Assembly: GCA_044464585.1 (NCBI GenBank)
Contig: JBIQLF010000011.1
Coordinates: 1 to 52,176, forward strand
Source: Thermomicrobia bacterium
Lineage (GTDB): Bacteria; Chloroflexota; Chloroflexia; Thermomicrobiales; UBA6265
DNA: 52,176 nucleotides
Direction: 5' to 3'
Shown: positions 28,338 to 36,458 of the stretch, one piece after another
Layout: each line of letters starts with the position of its first letter
How positions within the stretch are numbered: the stretch's first letter is position 1
The notes under the pieces: generated by a model
What the model saw: only the letters and a program-made list of their open reading frames with translations
Database searches by the model: none
Told to the model about the DNA's origin: nothing
Translations under genes and position numbers: made by a program

Positions 28338-29537
28338 TTGATCGCCGTCGAACGATCCACGAGGTCGACTGCTTCCGCGCCATCCGGGGCCGAATTCGGC
28401 TTCACGAGTCTGCGTTCCGATCCAGCGTCGGCCGCGCGTCTCGGTCGACTGGATACCCGCCGGGGACCGGTCGAGACGCCGGTTTTCATGCCCGTGGGAA
28501 CGCAGGCCACGATCAAGACTCTTCACCCCGGCGAGGTGGAGCGCATCGGCGCTCAGATCGTGCTCGCCAATACCTACCACTTGATGCTTCGCCCGGGACC
28601 CGAGCTTATCGATCAGGCCGGTGGTCTGCACGCGTTCATGCGCTGGCCGCGCCCCATTCTGACCGACAGCGGCGGCTTCCAGATCTTCTCGCTCGCCCAG
28701 CAAGCCAAAGTGACGGAAGACGGAGTCCGCTTCCGATCTCATATCGACGGTTCGCTTCATATGCTGACCCCGGAGCGCGCAGTCGATATTCAGGCCACTC
28801 TGGGTTCCGAGATCATGATGGCGCTCGATCATCTTATCGGGCTCCCGGCCAAACCGCGCAAGATCTACGATGCAACGATGCGCACCCATCGCTGGCTGGA
28901 ACGTTGCATCGCCGCACTGGCCCTGAGCAACCGGGAACGACGCGGTGTGCTCTTCGGGATCGTACAGGGTGGCATGGAATCCGATCTGCGAAAACTGAGC
29001 GCCGAATTCGTTGGCGCCTCGGAGGTCTCCGGTATCGCCATCGGTGGATTGAGCGTGGGCGAAACCAAGTCCGAGATGGCCGAGATGATCGATATCGTCG
29101 TTCCAGAACTCCCCGCTGACAAACCCCGGTATCTGATGGGGGTCGGGTCGCCAGAAGATCTCTGGAATGGGGTAGCGCAGGGGATCGACATGTTCGATTG
29201 CGTTCTCCCCACCAGACTCGCCCGCAATGGATCGGTTTTCACACCGGATGGGCGAATCGACCTGCATACCCGCATTCATCGGGAATCGTTCATTCCCATC
29301 GATGCCGGATGCGATTGTGAGACCTGCCAGCAATTCGACCGCGCCTATCTGCACCATCTCTTCCGGGCCCGCGAGATCCTGGCGCTACGGCTCGCGTCGG
29401 TGCACAACTTGCGGTTTCTGGTTCGCCAGATGGAAACGATGCGCCAGGCCTTGCGGGATGGGACCTTTTCGGAGACCCGAGCCGCGTTCCTCGAACGCTA
29501 TCGCACCGCCGGACCGAAAGCGATCCAACGGTCATGA
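28338..29537 (+). CDS. tgt: tRNA guanosine(34) transglycosylase
   Basis: ETPVFMPVGTQATIK, LTDSGGFQ and the Zn site CDCETC...H. The TTG start is uncertain. Confidence 0.92.
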   Translation: MIAVERSTRSTASAPSGAEFGFTSLRSDPASAARLGRLDTRRGPVETPVFMPVGTQATIKTLHPGEVERIGAQIVLANTYHLMLRPGPELIDQAGGLHAFMRWPRPILTDSGGFQIFSLAQQAKVTEDGVRFRSHIDGSLHMLTPERAVDIQATLGSEIMMALDHLIGLPAKPRKIYDATMRTHRWLERCIAALALSNRERRGVLFGIVQGGMESDLRKLSAEFVGASEVSGIAIGGLSVGETKSEMAEMIDIVVPELPADKPRYLMGVGSPEDLWNGVAQGIDMFDCVLPTRLARNGSVFTPDGRIDLHTRIHRESFIPIDAGCDCETCQQFDRAYLHHLFRAREILALRLASVHNLRFLVRQMETMRQALRDGTFSETRAAFLERYRTAGPKAIQRS

Positions 29538-29950
29538 CGTATATCCCGGAATTCGATCCGGATACGTCCGGGGCCATTGCGGTCGGAATCGATATCATCG
29601 AGATCGCGCGCATCCAGCATGTGCTCGATGATTTCGGCGAACGGTTTCTCGAACGCTGCTTCACCGAATACGAGCGCTCCCGGTTTCGCAACCGCACCGA
29701 GGAGCTCGCTGGCCGCTTCGCCGTCAAGGAAGCGACCTCGAAAGCGCTGGGCACGGGCATTCGCGGCATCCGCTGGCGCGAAATGGAAACTCGAGTCAAC
29801 CGGCGAGGAAAGCCGGTATTGGTCCTCCACGGAGATGCGAAGGCACGGGCGGAGTTGCTGGGCTTGACGGATTTCAGCGTGTCGATAACCCACTCACGAA
29901 CAGACGCGATGGCAATTGTGGTCGCGCTGAAGGGGACGAAAGACGAATGA
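29534..29950 (+). CDS. acpS: holo-[acyl-carrier-protein] synthase
   Basis: GIDIIEIARI, FAVKEATSKAL and ~138 aa. ATGA overlap with tgt. Confidence 0.8.
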   Translation: MTYIPEFDPDTSGAIAVGIDIIEIARIQHVLDDFGERFLERCFTEYERSRFRNRTEELAGRFAVKEATSKALGTGIRGIRWREMETRVNRRGKPVLVLHGDAKARAELLGLTDFSVSITHSRTDAMAIVVALKGTKDE

Positions 29951-30945
29951 CGAACGAATCGAGCGCTCCGATCGAGATCATCGATCGGGCTACGGTCCTC
30001 GGACTTCTGCCGAGACGGGATGAGCATGCCCACAAATGGGGCGTCGGCGGTTTGCTCATCGTTGGCGGCGCGCCCGGATATATCGGGGCGCCCGCGCTCG
30101 CTGCCATGTCCGCCGGCCGATCGGGGGCGGGTATCGTCGTCCTGGCGTTGCCCCGATCTTCGGTCAGCGCCACGGCCACGCTGGTGCCCGAAGCGGTTTT
30201 CCTTCCCCTGCCGGAAACCGATGCATCACATGGTGTCCAGAATGCCATGCGCCAGATCATTCCGGTTGCTGAAAAGTCGCGGGCGATGGTCGTCGGGCCG
30301 GGGTTGTCGCGCGATGACACGGCGACCGCGCTTTTGGCCGCGCTCTTCGGCGATACCCATCGCTCCGGCGCTCGTACGCTCGGATTCGGATCGAACAAGC
30401 GAGATGCAGCGTCCGATACGTCCGGCGGGCTGGCTGGCAGGTCGCTCCCGGCGGTCATCGACGCCGACGCCTTGCACTGGCTTGCAGACCGCGATGCGTG
30501 GTGGACGCGGGTCGAACCGTTCTCGCTCGTGCTGACTCCCCATGTTGGCGAGTTCTCCGCACTTACGGGGATCGAGACCGGTGCGATCGTGGCGGAACCG
30601 GCAAAATCGGTCCGGACCGCCGCGCAGGAATGGCAACAGACGGTCGTTCTCAAAGCCGGGCGGGCATGGATCAGCGACGGCACGACCGTTCGCACGGTCG
30701 AATCCGCCGCTCCAGCGCTTGCCACCGCGGGAACCGGAGATGTGCTTTCGGGTTCGATCGGCGCCTTTCTTGCGCAGGGATTGGCTCCAGTCGACGCGGC
30801 GTCGCTGGCCGTCTATGCTGGCGGCGAAGCTGCACGACGCCTGACCGGCGAACTGTCGACCCTGGGAGTGGTCGCGAGCGATCTGCCCCGGGCCATTGCC
30901 ACTGTTCTTGCCGATCTCGAAACAGAAAGCGCGGTAAACCGATGA
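29947..30945 (+). CDS. nnrD: ADP-dependent NAD(P)H-hydrate dehydratase (YjeF C-terminal type only)
   Basis: HKWGVGGLLIVGGAPGYIGAP, TPHVGEF and GTGDVLSG. No N-terminal epimerase domain. ATGA overlap with acpS. Confidence 0.85.
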   Translation: MTNESSAPIEIIDRATVLGLLPRRDEHAHKWGVGGLLIVGGAPGYIGAPALAAMSAGRSGAGIVVLALPRSSVSATATLVPEAVFLPLPETDASHGVQNAMRQIIPVAEKSRAMVVGPGLSRDDTATALLAALFGDTHRSGARTLGFGSNKRDAASDTSGGLAGRSLPAVIDADALHWLADRDAWWTRVEPFSLVLTPHVGEFSALTGIETGAIVAEPAKSVRTAAQEWQQTVVLKAGRAWISDGTTVRTVESAAPALATAGTGDVLSGSIGAFLAQGLAPVDAASLAVYAGGEAARRLTGELSTLGVVASDLPRAIATVLADLETESAVNR

Positions 30946-31466
30946 GCCAGGACGAGGTCACCGTCGCATCGATCATGCGAACGCGCGTGCCGGTCGTTTC
31001 TCCAGACGACACGGTACGCACGGTTGCCGCGATGATCGGCAGACAAGAAGTTCCCGGGGTGCTCGTCGTCGACGATGGCGAGCTGCTGGGAATCATCACC
31101 GAATCGGATATCGTGACGCGGGAAGCGGTCGTCGATTTTCCGGAGACTGTTTCCTTTCTCGGAGGCTATTTCCGGGCCGGTCGACTGCAATTCCCGTGGA
31201 ATCGTGAAACCCGAGATGACGCCAGCGATTTCGACCACGAGATTCGCCGGGTGCTGGCCACAACGGCTCGGGAACTCATGACGTCGCCGGTTATCAATGT
31301 CGACCAGGATGCGACGATCTCCGACCTGGCAACTATCATGATCGATCACAATGTCAATCCGGTTCCTGTGGTCACCGACGACAACCGGATCGTGGGAATC
31401 GTCACTCGTCGCGATCTCGTCAAGCTCATTGCCAGCGAGCAAGACGAGGACAGCCCCACAGAATAA
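30942..31466 (+). CDS. CBS domain pair protein
   Basis: Two CBS units (VASIMRTRVPVVSPDDTV ... LGIITESDIV, and ELMTSPVINVDQDATI ... IVGIVTRRDLV). ATG 30942 overlaps the nnrD stop (ATGA). Confidence 0.75.
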   Translation: MSQDEVTVASIMRTRVPVVSPDDTVRTVAAMIGRQEVPGVLVVDDGELLGIITESDIVTREAVVDFPETVSFLGGYFRAGRLQFPWNRETRDDASDFDHEIRRVLATTARELMTSPVINVDQDATISDLATIMIDHNVNPVPVVTDDNRIVGIVTRRDLVKLIASEQDEDSPTE

Positions 31467-31474
31467 GACCGGCC

Positions 31475-32611
31475 ATGGTCGAAGACGGTTTTGCGAGACG
31501 ACCAACGCGGGCAATCGTCGATCGCGATGCGATACGCTCCAATGCATCGATCGTTCTGAAGCACCTGACGCCTGGCGTCCGGCTCATGGCCATCGTCAAG
31601 GCGAACGGGTATGGTCACGGCGCGGTCGAAGCGGCGCGGGCGGCCCTCGCAGGGGGCGCAACCTGGCTCGGCGTCGCGACCGTGAGGGAGGCTCGCGAGC
31701 TGCGCGAGGCTGGCATCACCGTTCCCGTCCTCGTGCTCGGTTCCAGCGCACCGGACGAAGCGCCGGCTGCCGCCGCTTTCGCCATTTCGCTCGGGGTAGG
31801 GGATTCGACCCAGCTCGACCGGATGGCGGACTGTCTCGACCTGCAATCCGCCATCCGGCCACTCAGTGTCCACGTGAAGATCGACACTGGAATGCGCCGG
31901 TTTGGTGTCCCCCCGGGGCACGCGCCCGAGATCGCGCGCCGAATCGCGCGGCACCCGGGTATGCGATTGGAAGGCGTCTATTCGCATTTCGCGGATGCCG
32001 ACGCCGCCCAGCCCGATCGAATGGAGCGCCAATTCGCCCTCTATCGATCGACGCTCGAACGCATCGATGAGCTGGGAATCGATCGAGGAATCGCGCATAT
32101 CGCGAACAGCGCCGCACTTCTCCGCAATCGCGCAACCGACCTGGATTTGGTGCGGGCCGGTATTTGCCTGTATGGCATATCACCATCCGAGCATGTACCG
32201 CTTTTCGAGGGCATGCGGCCCGCGCTCGAATGGCGAGCGACCATCCAGCACATTGCGAATCTGGCGCCCGGAGATCGAACCGGCTACGGCGGCACGTACG
32301 TTGCCACCGAGCACGAGCGGATCGCGCTCCTGCCGGTCGGGTATGCCGACGGTTATTCGCGTTGCCTCTCCAATCGGGGGTGGGCGGGATTTCAGGGGCG
32401 GCGACTGCCAATCCGCGGTCGGGTCTCCATGGATCAGACGAGCGTGGGGATCCCCGCGGATCTCGATCTTTCCGTGGGGAGCGAAATCACGCTCATCGGC
32501 GATCGCGCATCGGGCGCCCCCGACGCCAACGAGCTGGGCGCGCTGATCGACAGCATTGGCTATGAGGTCGTCAGCACCATTTCCCGGCGCGTGCCGTTCG
32601 AGTATCGGTAG
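31475..32611 (+). CDS. alr: alanine racemase
   Basis: PLP-Lys motif AIVKANGYGHG, plus the C-terminal GYADGY and RVSMD motifs. Confidence 0.92.
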   Translation: MVEDGFARRPTRAIVDRDAIRSNASIVLKHLTPGVRLMAIVKANGYGHGAVEAARAALAGGATWLGVATVREARELREAGITVPVLVLGSSAPDEAPAAAAFAISLGVGDSTQLDRMADCLDLQSAIRPLSVHVKIDTGMRRFGVPPGHAPEIARRIARHPGMRLEGVYSHFADADAAQPDRMERQFALYRSTLERIDELGIDRGIAHIANSAALLRNRATDLDLVRAGICLYGISPSEHVPLFEGMRPALEWRATIQHIANLAPGDRTGYGGTYVATEHERIALLPVGYADGYSRCLSNRGWAGFQGRRLPIRGRVSMDQTSVGIPADLDLSVGSEITLIGDRASGAPDANELGALIDSIGYEVVSTISRRVPFEYR

Positions 32612-32700
32612 GGCGCCACAGGCATTCGGTATAGGAGCGACTGGTTCGCACGGCGTCCGTTGCCGTTGGCATGGGCCGCTCCGCGATTCACGATCTCGGC

Positions 32701-32758
32701 CCGAACGTGCCGACTCGCTCGCCAGCCGGAATCCCGAGGCGGGTCGAGCGCTGTGATG
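32701..32758 (+). repeat. partial copy (g) of the junction-repeat family
   Basis: ATCCCGAGGCGGGTCGAGCG (32731-32750) against 51291-51309 gives 18 matches, 1 mismatch and 1 indel. CGAACGTGCCG is shared with 62-72. It ends in a TGATG stop/start-like overlap at 32754-32758. Confidence 0.5.
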
Positions 32759-32840
32759 CCCGGCCAGCGCACCAACCCGGTTCGCTGGCAGTGAGTTGGG
32801 GAGATCGACGGAGGCGACCCATAGTCAGTGAGTGGCATAG

Positions 32841-32864
32841 CAAAACGGCGCCTTTCGGCGCCGT
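32841..32864 (-). terminator. intrinsic terminator of the 32892-33422 gene
   Basis: Minus strand reads ACGGCGCC-GAAA-GGCGCCGT followed by TTTTGCT. Confidence 0.7.
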
Positions 32865-32891
32865 CGGCAGCAAAATCAGCGGGACTCGCCG

Positions 32892-33422
32892 TTATTCGGC
32901 CGAACCGAGCTCAGCGGCCACCCGTTTCAGGTTGTCGATATCCTTCCGAACCACGAACGTGCGACCGCTCATATCGTCCTTGACGTAACTGAGCGTACGA
33001 TCGTCCATCCAGCGATAAATGGTCGGGCGGGTGACATTCAGCTGCTGAGCCGCGTTGCCGATCGAAACGAGCTCGTTCGGTTCGAAGGCGCGGAATTTCG
33101 CCAGCGCCAGCATTCGTCCCAACTCCGAATCCCAGAACGAACGGGGCACCGTATAGTCTTCCGCTGCTGCTGGCCAGAAGAGGAGCTGCACGATCGAATC
33201 GATCGCCGTGAGCACATGCTCCTTTTGCTCACGCACTTCGCCACGGGCCAGCCTGGCGAGTTTGCTGAGATCTTGTCCAAGCGGGCCATCTCGCAGAGCG
33301 TCGAGCGACAATGGCTCGAAGGCGCTTGGGTAAAGCTGATTGATCAAGCGGTGGTGATGACTATAGACCACCTGCAACGCCTGATCGATTACCGGTTGGT
33401 AATCGCGGGAACTGCCTTCCAC
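32892..33422 (-). CDS. hypothetical protein with C-terminal excisionase/MerR-type helix-turn-helix
   Basis: C-terminus AAQQLNVTRPTIYRWMDDRTL (HTH_17-like). Start placed at GTG 33422, 5 nt after AAGGAG. It has its own consensus promoter and terminator. Confidence 0.6.
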   Translation of the reverse strand: MEGSSRDYQPVIDQALQVVYSHHHRLINQLYPSAFEPLSLDALRDGPLGQDLSKLARLARGEVREQKEHVLTAIDSIVQLLFWPAAAEDYTVPRSFWDSELGRMLALAKFRAFEPNELVSIGNAAQQLNVTRPTIYRWMDDRTLSYVKDDMSGRTFVVRKDIDNLKRVAAELGSAE

Positions 33423-33483
33423 TCCCACTCCTTACGCGATACCCCATGCCGTCGCGAACGTATCTTTCGGACTGTACGGTCAG

Positions 33484-33512
33484 ATTGTACGCTCGCACCG
33501 TAGCATTGTCAA
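33484..33512 (-). promoter_or_regulatory. near-consensus sigma-70 promoter of the HTH gene
   Basis: Minus strand reads TTGACA (33512-33507), a 17-nt spacer, then TACAAT (33489-33484). Confidence 0.6.
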
Positions 33513-33646
33513 CGGACCGTGAAACCTCAATGAATTCCAGTGAATTCCGATCCACTGCTGTGACGATCTGTCACCAAATACGAACGACGAAGCGTTTTGG
33601 TTTCTCGTGTTCGTACAGTTGCGATCGGCTCCGCATTCGTTTGCGA

Positions 33647-34108
33647 TCAGGAGCCGGTCGCCATGCCCCGGACGGCCAGACCGGCAACGAAGAGCGCCCC
33701 CAAACTGAAGAAGAGCAACGCCTGTCGCGCGTCGCGCTCGCGCATATAGCTCCAGATGAACGGCAGCGCGACGACGGCGGTCGCTCCATAGAGCAAATGG
33801 ATCGACGATTCCGGCCGGAACCCCCGGGCATAGAGCACGATCCCGAAGACGACTTGCGCCAGGATCAGCACCTCGCCGATCATCAGGGCGCCGTTGAAGC
33901 TGCCGGTCACCCCGCCTCCCGTGAAGAAGAGATAGAGTCCCCAGATGCCTATCGCCGCCATGAACAGGAGCACCGAGGTTGCAAGCCGGTCATGCATGAG
34001 CATTATCGTGGACAGAGTGGGCCTCCCTGAAATCGTGGTGTCCGAGTGCGGAGCACGCTCGCCAATCCGCTCGATGCGCGGAACCGCCTGCCTGTAGAGC
34101 CACTGCAT
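33647..34108 (-). CDS. hypothetical integral membrane protein (about 4 TM helices)
   Basis: Hydrophobic segments VLLFMAAIGIWGLYLFF, LMIGEVLILAQVVFGIVLY, LLYGATAVVALPFIW and LLFFSLGALFVAGLAV. The start is uncertain (34108 or about 34003). Confidence 0.5.
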   Translation of the reverse strand: MQWLYRQAVPRIERIGERAPHSDTTISGRPTLSTIMLMHDRLATSVLLFMAAIGIWGLYLFFTGGGVTGSFNGALMIGEVLILAQVVFGIVLYARGFRPESSIHLLYGATAVVALPFIWSYMRERDARQALLFFSLGALFVAGLAVRGMATGS

Positions 34109-34124
34109 GGACGCACGGAGATTG

Positions 34125-35000
34125 TCACACGCCCGGCTCGTTCGAAAATCCGAATAGCGGTTGCTGAATTTCCGCTGGCGGTTGCCGGCTCGCAGGAGCG
34201 ATCGACAGCAGATCGAGCGCGCCGGAGCGCGGAAGCGCGGTCAGGCTCTCACGTTGCCAGATTCCCGTATGCGCGACATCGGAAACGGCCTGATGCGGGG
34301 TGTTGTTGGTGGTCGACAGATGGGCCAGAAAAATAGCCGGGTTCTTGCCCGACTGAGTCCGGACCCGGTCGGTGAGCCGCCCGCAGTCTTCATTGGAAAG
34401 ATGTCCCACATTCGAGAGCACGCGGCGTTTCAAGTGCGCCGGATACGGTCCCCGCTTGAGCATCTCGATATTGTGGTTGGCTTCGACCACGATCACATCG
34501 GCGTGGGACATCGCGTCGACCGTGACCTCATCCCATTCGCCAAGGTCGGTGAAGATCGCGGCGGTCATCCCCGCAAAGGAAATGACCGCTCCCAACGGTT
34601 CGGCCGCGTCGTGCGATGTTCGCACCGCGGTGACTTCGATTGCGCCACATTCGAAGCGCGCTCCATGTCTGATCCTGGACCAGCCGTTGGAGAGGCCCAT
34701 CGCCTGGGCCGTTCCCGCCCCGGTGACGATTGGCGCTCCGGCCCGGGAGAGCGCCGGCACCGCGCGAACGTGGTCGATATGCTCGTGGGTGATATAGACG
34801 AAACTCAGGTCGGAGAACCGGAGTCCGAATTGGAGCAATTCCGCACGCAGCCGATTCGGTCCGATGCCGCAATCGACCAGTCCCGCAACATCGCCGCATT
34901 GCACGAGCAATGAATTCCCGCTGCTGCCGCTCGCCAGCGAAACCAGCCGCACCCGATCGGGTTTATCGATCACCGAAAATTGCCCGACCGATGCGCACAT
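34125..35000 (-). CDS. MBL-fold metallo-hydrolase
   Basis: THEHIDHV metal motif and SGSSGNSLLV N-terminal beta strand. The start is 35000 or GTG 34973; both overlap the yggS end. Confidence 0.8.
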   Translation of the reverse strand: MCASVGQFSVIDKPDRVRLVSLASGSSGNSLLVQCGDVAGLVDCGIGPNRLRAELLQFGLRFSDLSFVYITHEHIDHVRAVPALSRAGAPIVTGAGTAQAMGLSNGWSRIRHGARFECGAIEVTAVRTSHDAAEPLGAVISFAGMTAAIFTDLGEWDEVTVDAMSHADVIVVEANHNIEMLKRGPYPAHLKRRVLSNVGHLSNEDCGRLTDRVRTQSGKNPAIFLAHLSTTNNTPHQAVSDVAHTGIWQRESLTALPRSGALDLLSIAPASRQPPAEIQQPLFGFSNEPGV

Positions 35001-35664
35001 GAGTGGCGCCCTCGCTGATTGCCGTCTGGAAATCGTTGCTCATGCCCATCGAAAGGACCGGAAGCTCTACCCCTCGCGATTCCTCCAGCGACCGGGCCAA
35101 TTCCTGCAACCCGCGAAAAACGGGGCGCACGGTTTCCGGATCATCGACGAGCGGAGCCATCGTCATCAAACCTCTGGCGCGCAGGCCAGGATGTTCCAGC
35201 ACCAGGTCGAGCAGCGCTTGCGCTTCGTTCAGGGGACAACCGGCTTTCTGGGTTTCGCCCGCGACATTGATCTCCAGCAGCACTTCGATGGTCTTGCCCA
35301 TATTCTCGGCCTGCTTCGCCAGCGCCTGGACCAACGAAGGCCGGTCGACGGACTCGATCATATCGAAGAGCTCGGCGGCCAATTTGGCCTTATTCGTCTG
35401 CAAGCTCCCGATCATATGGAGCGAGGCATCAGCCGGAAGTCGTGTGCTGAACTTCGACCGGGCATCCTGCACCCGGTTTTCGCCGAAGACCCGCAATCCC
35501 AGATCGTAGGCTCGATCGACGGCGGAACGGTCGACCGTCTTCGTCACGCCGACGATGGTGATCGTCTCCGGGTCGCGTCCGGCCAGGATCGCGGCGTCCT
35601 CGACGCGCTTGCGCACCTGCGCCAGCCGCGACGCCAGCGTTGTTTCTATCGATAGCTCATTCAT
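34963..35664 (-). CDS. yggS: YggS family pyridoxal phosphate homeostasis protein
   Basis: IVGVTKT (PLP Lys), HMIGSLQTNK and SMGMSNDF. Start at ATG 35664 (ATGA overlap with pgeF); the upstream 77 codons of the track ORF are not family-like. Confidence 0.85.
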   Translation of the reverse strand: MNELSIETTLASRLAQVRKRVEDAAILAGRDPETITIVGVTKTVDRSAVDRAYDLGLRVFGENRVQDARSKFSTRLPADASLHMIGSLQTNKAKLAAELFDMIESVDRPSLVQALAKQAENMGKTIEVLLEINVAGETQKAGCPLNEAQALLDLVLEHPGLRARGLMTMAPLVDDPETVRPVFRGLQELARSLEESRGVELPVLSMGMSNDFQTAISEGATHVRIGRAIFGDR

Positions 35665-36458
35665 TCGATCACCGTGATAATCGACGCAAAGCGTCCCGTG
35701 GCCGCGCCCTGCCCGCGATGCGAGAACCAGACGTCTCCCTGGCATCGGGTACAGGCACCTGACCGCTCGATCGCATCGTCGCGCACACCCGCCGCTCGGA
35801 GCTGCAGCCGGTTGGCTTCGGCCATATCGAAATGCCAGCGGCCACCGATGCGCACGACCGCACGGTCGCCGTCGCGCGGCGCGGTCGACTGCCACCCTTC
35901 GGTGACCTCATCACCGACTTCATAACACTTCGCGCAGATACCCGGTCCAATGAATGCCAGGATCTCTTCCGGGCCAGAGCCAAAGCGAGCGCACATCGTT
36001 CGCACGGCCTCACCTGAGACATCGGTCACCGTCCCGCGCCACCCAGCATGGACCACTCCGACGGCTCGCATTTGAGGATCGCACAGGATCACCGCCAGAC
36101 AGTCGGCATGGGTCATCATGACGGCCACATTCGGTTCGTTCGTAACAAGACTGTCGAACTTGCCGAAAAGACCGCTGCCCGGCGCCGAACCGGTGCCAGC
36201 ACTCGATCGAGGCACGACGCCCACGGCGTTGCCATGAACCTGATGCGCGGTCACCAGGGTGGCCGGATCGATTCCCATCTGGCCGCACCACCGTTGCCGC
36301 ATTTGCCAGGCGTCATCCGGGTCACGCGGTTCGGTATAGGAAATGTTGCCGTCCGCCAGTCCGAGTCCCGGCACCCGGCCCGTAATGCCATGGCGGACGT
36401 ACGGAATGCGACCGATCGCGCTGCTCTGCAGCGGCCGGAGGTCGATTGTCGTTGTCAT
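35661..36458 (-). CDS. pgeF: peptidoglycan editing factor PgeF (YfiH/DUF152 laccase-domain protein)
   Basis: HQVHGNAV, THADCLAV and HAGWRGT motifs. Confidence 0.85.
   Translation of the reverse strand: MTTTIDLRPLQSSAIGRIPYVRHGITGRVPGLGLADGNISYTEPRDPDDAWQMRQRWCGQMGIDPATLVTAHQVHGNAVGVVPRSSAGTGSAPGSGLFGKFDSLVTNEPNVAVMMTHADCLAVILCDPQMRAVGVVHAGWRGTVTDVSGEAVRTMCARFGSGPEEILAFIGPGICAKCYEVGDEVTEGWQSTAPRDGDRAVVRIGGRWHFDMAEANRLQLRAAGVRDDAIERSGACTRCQGDVWFSHRGQGAATGRFASIITVIE

Noticed and set aside
30498-30941. N-terminal 148 codons of the 322-aa track ORF that ends as the CBS protein.
   Set aside because: It overlaps nnrD out of frame. CBS-like sequence starts at ATG 30942 (ATGA overlap).
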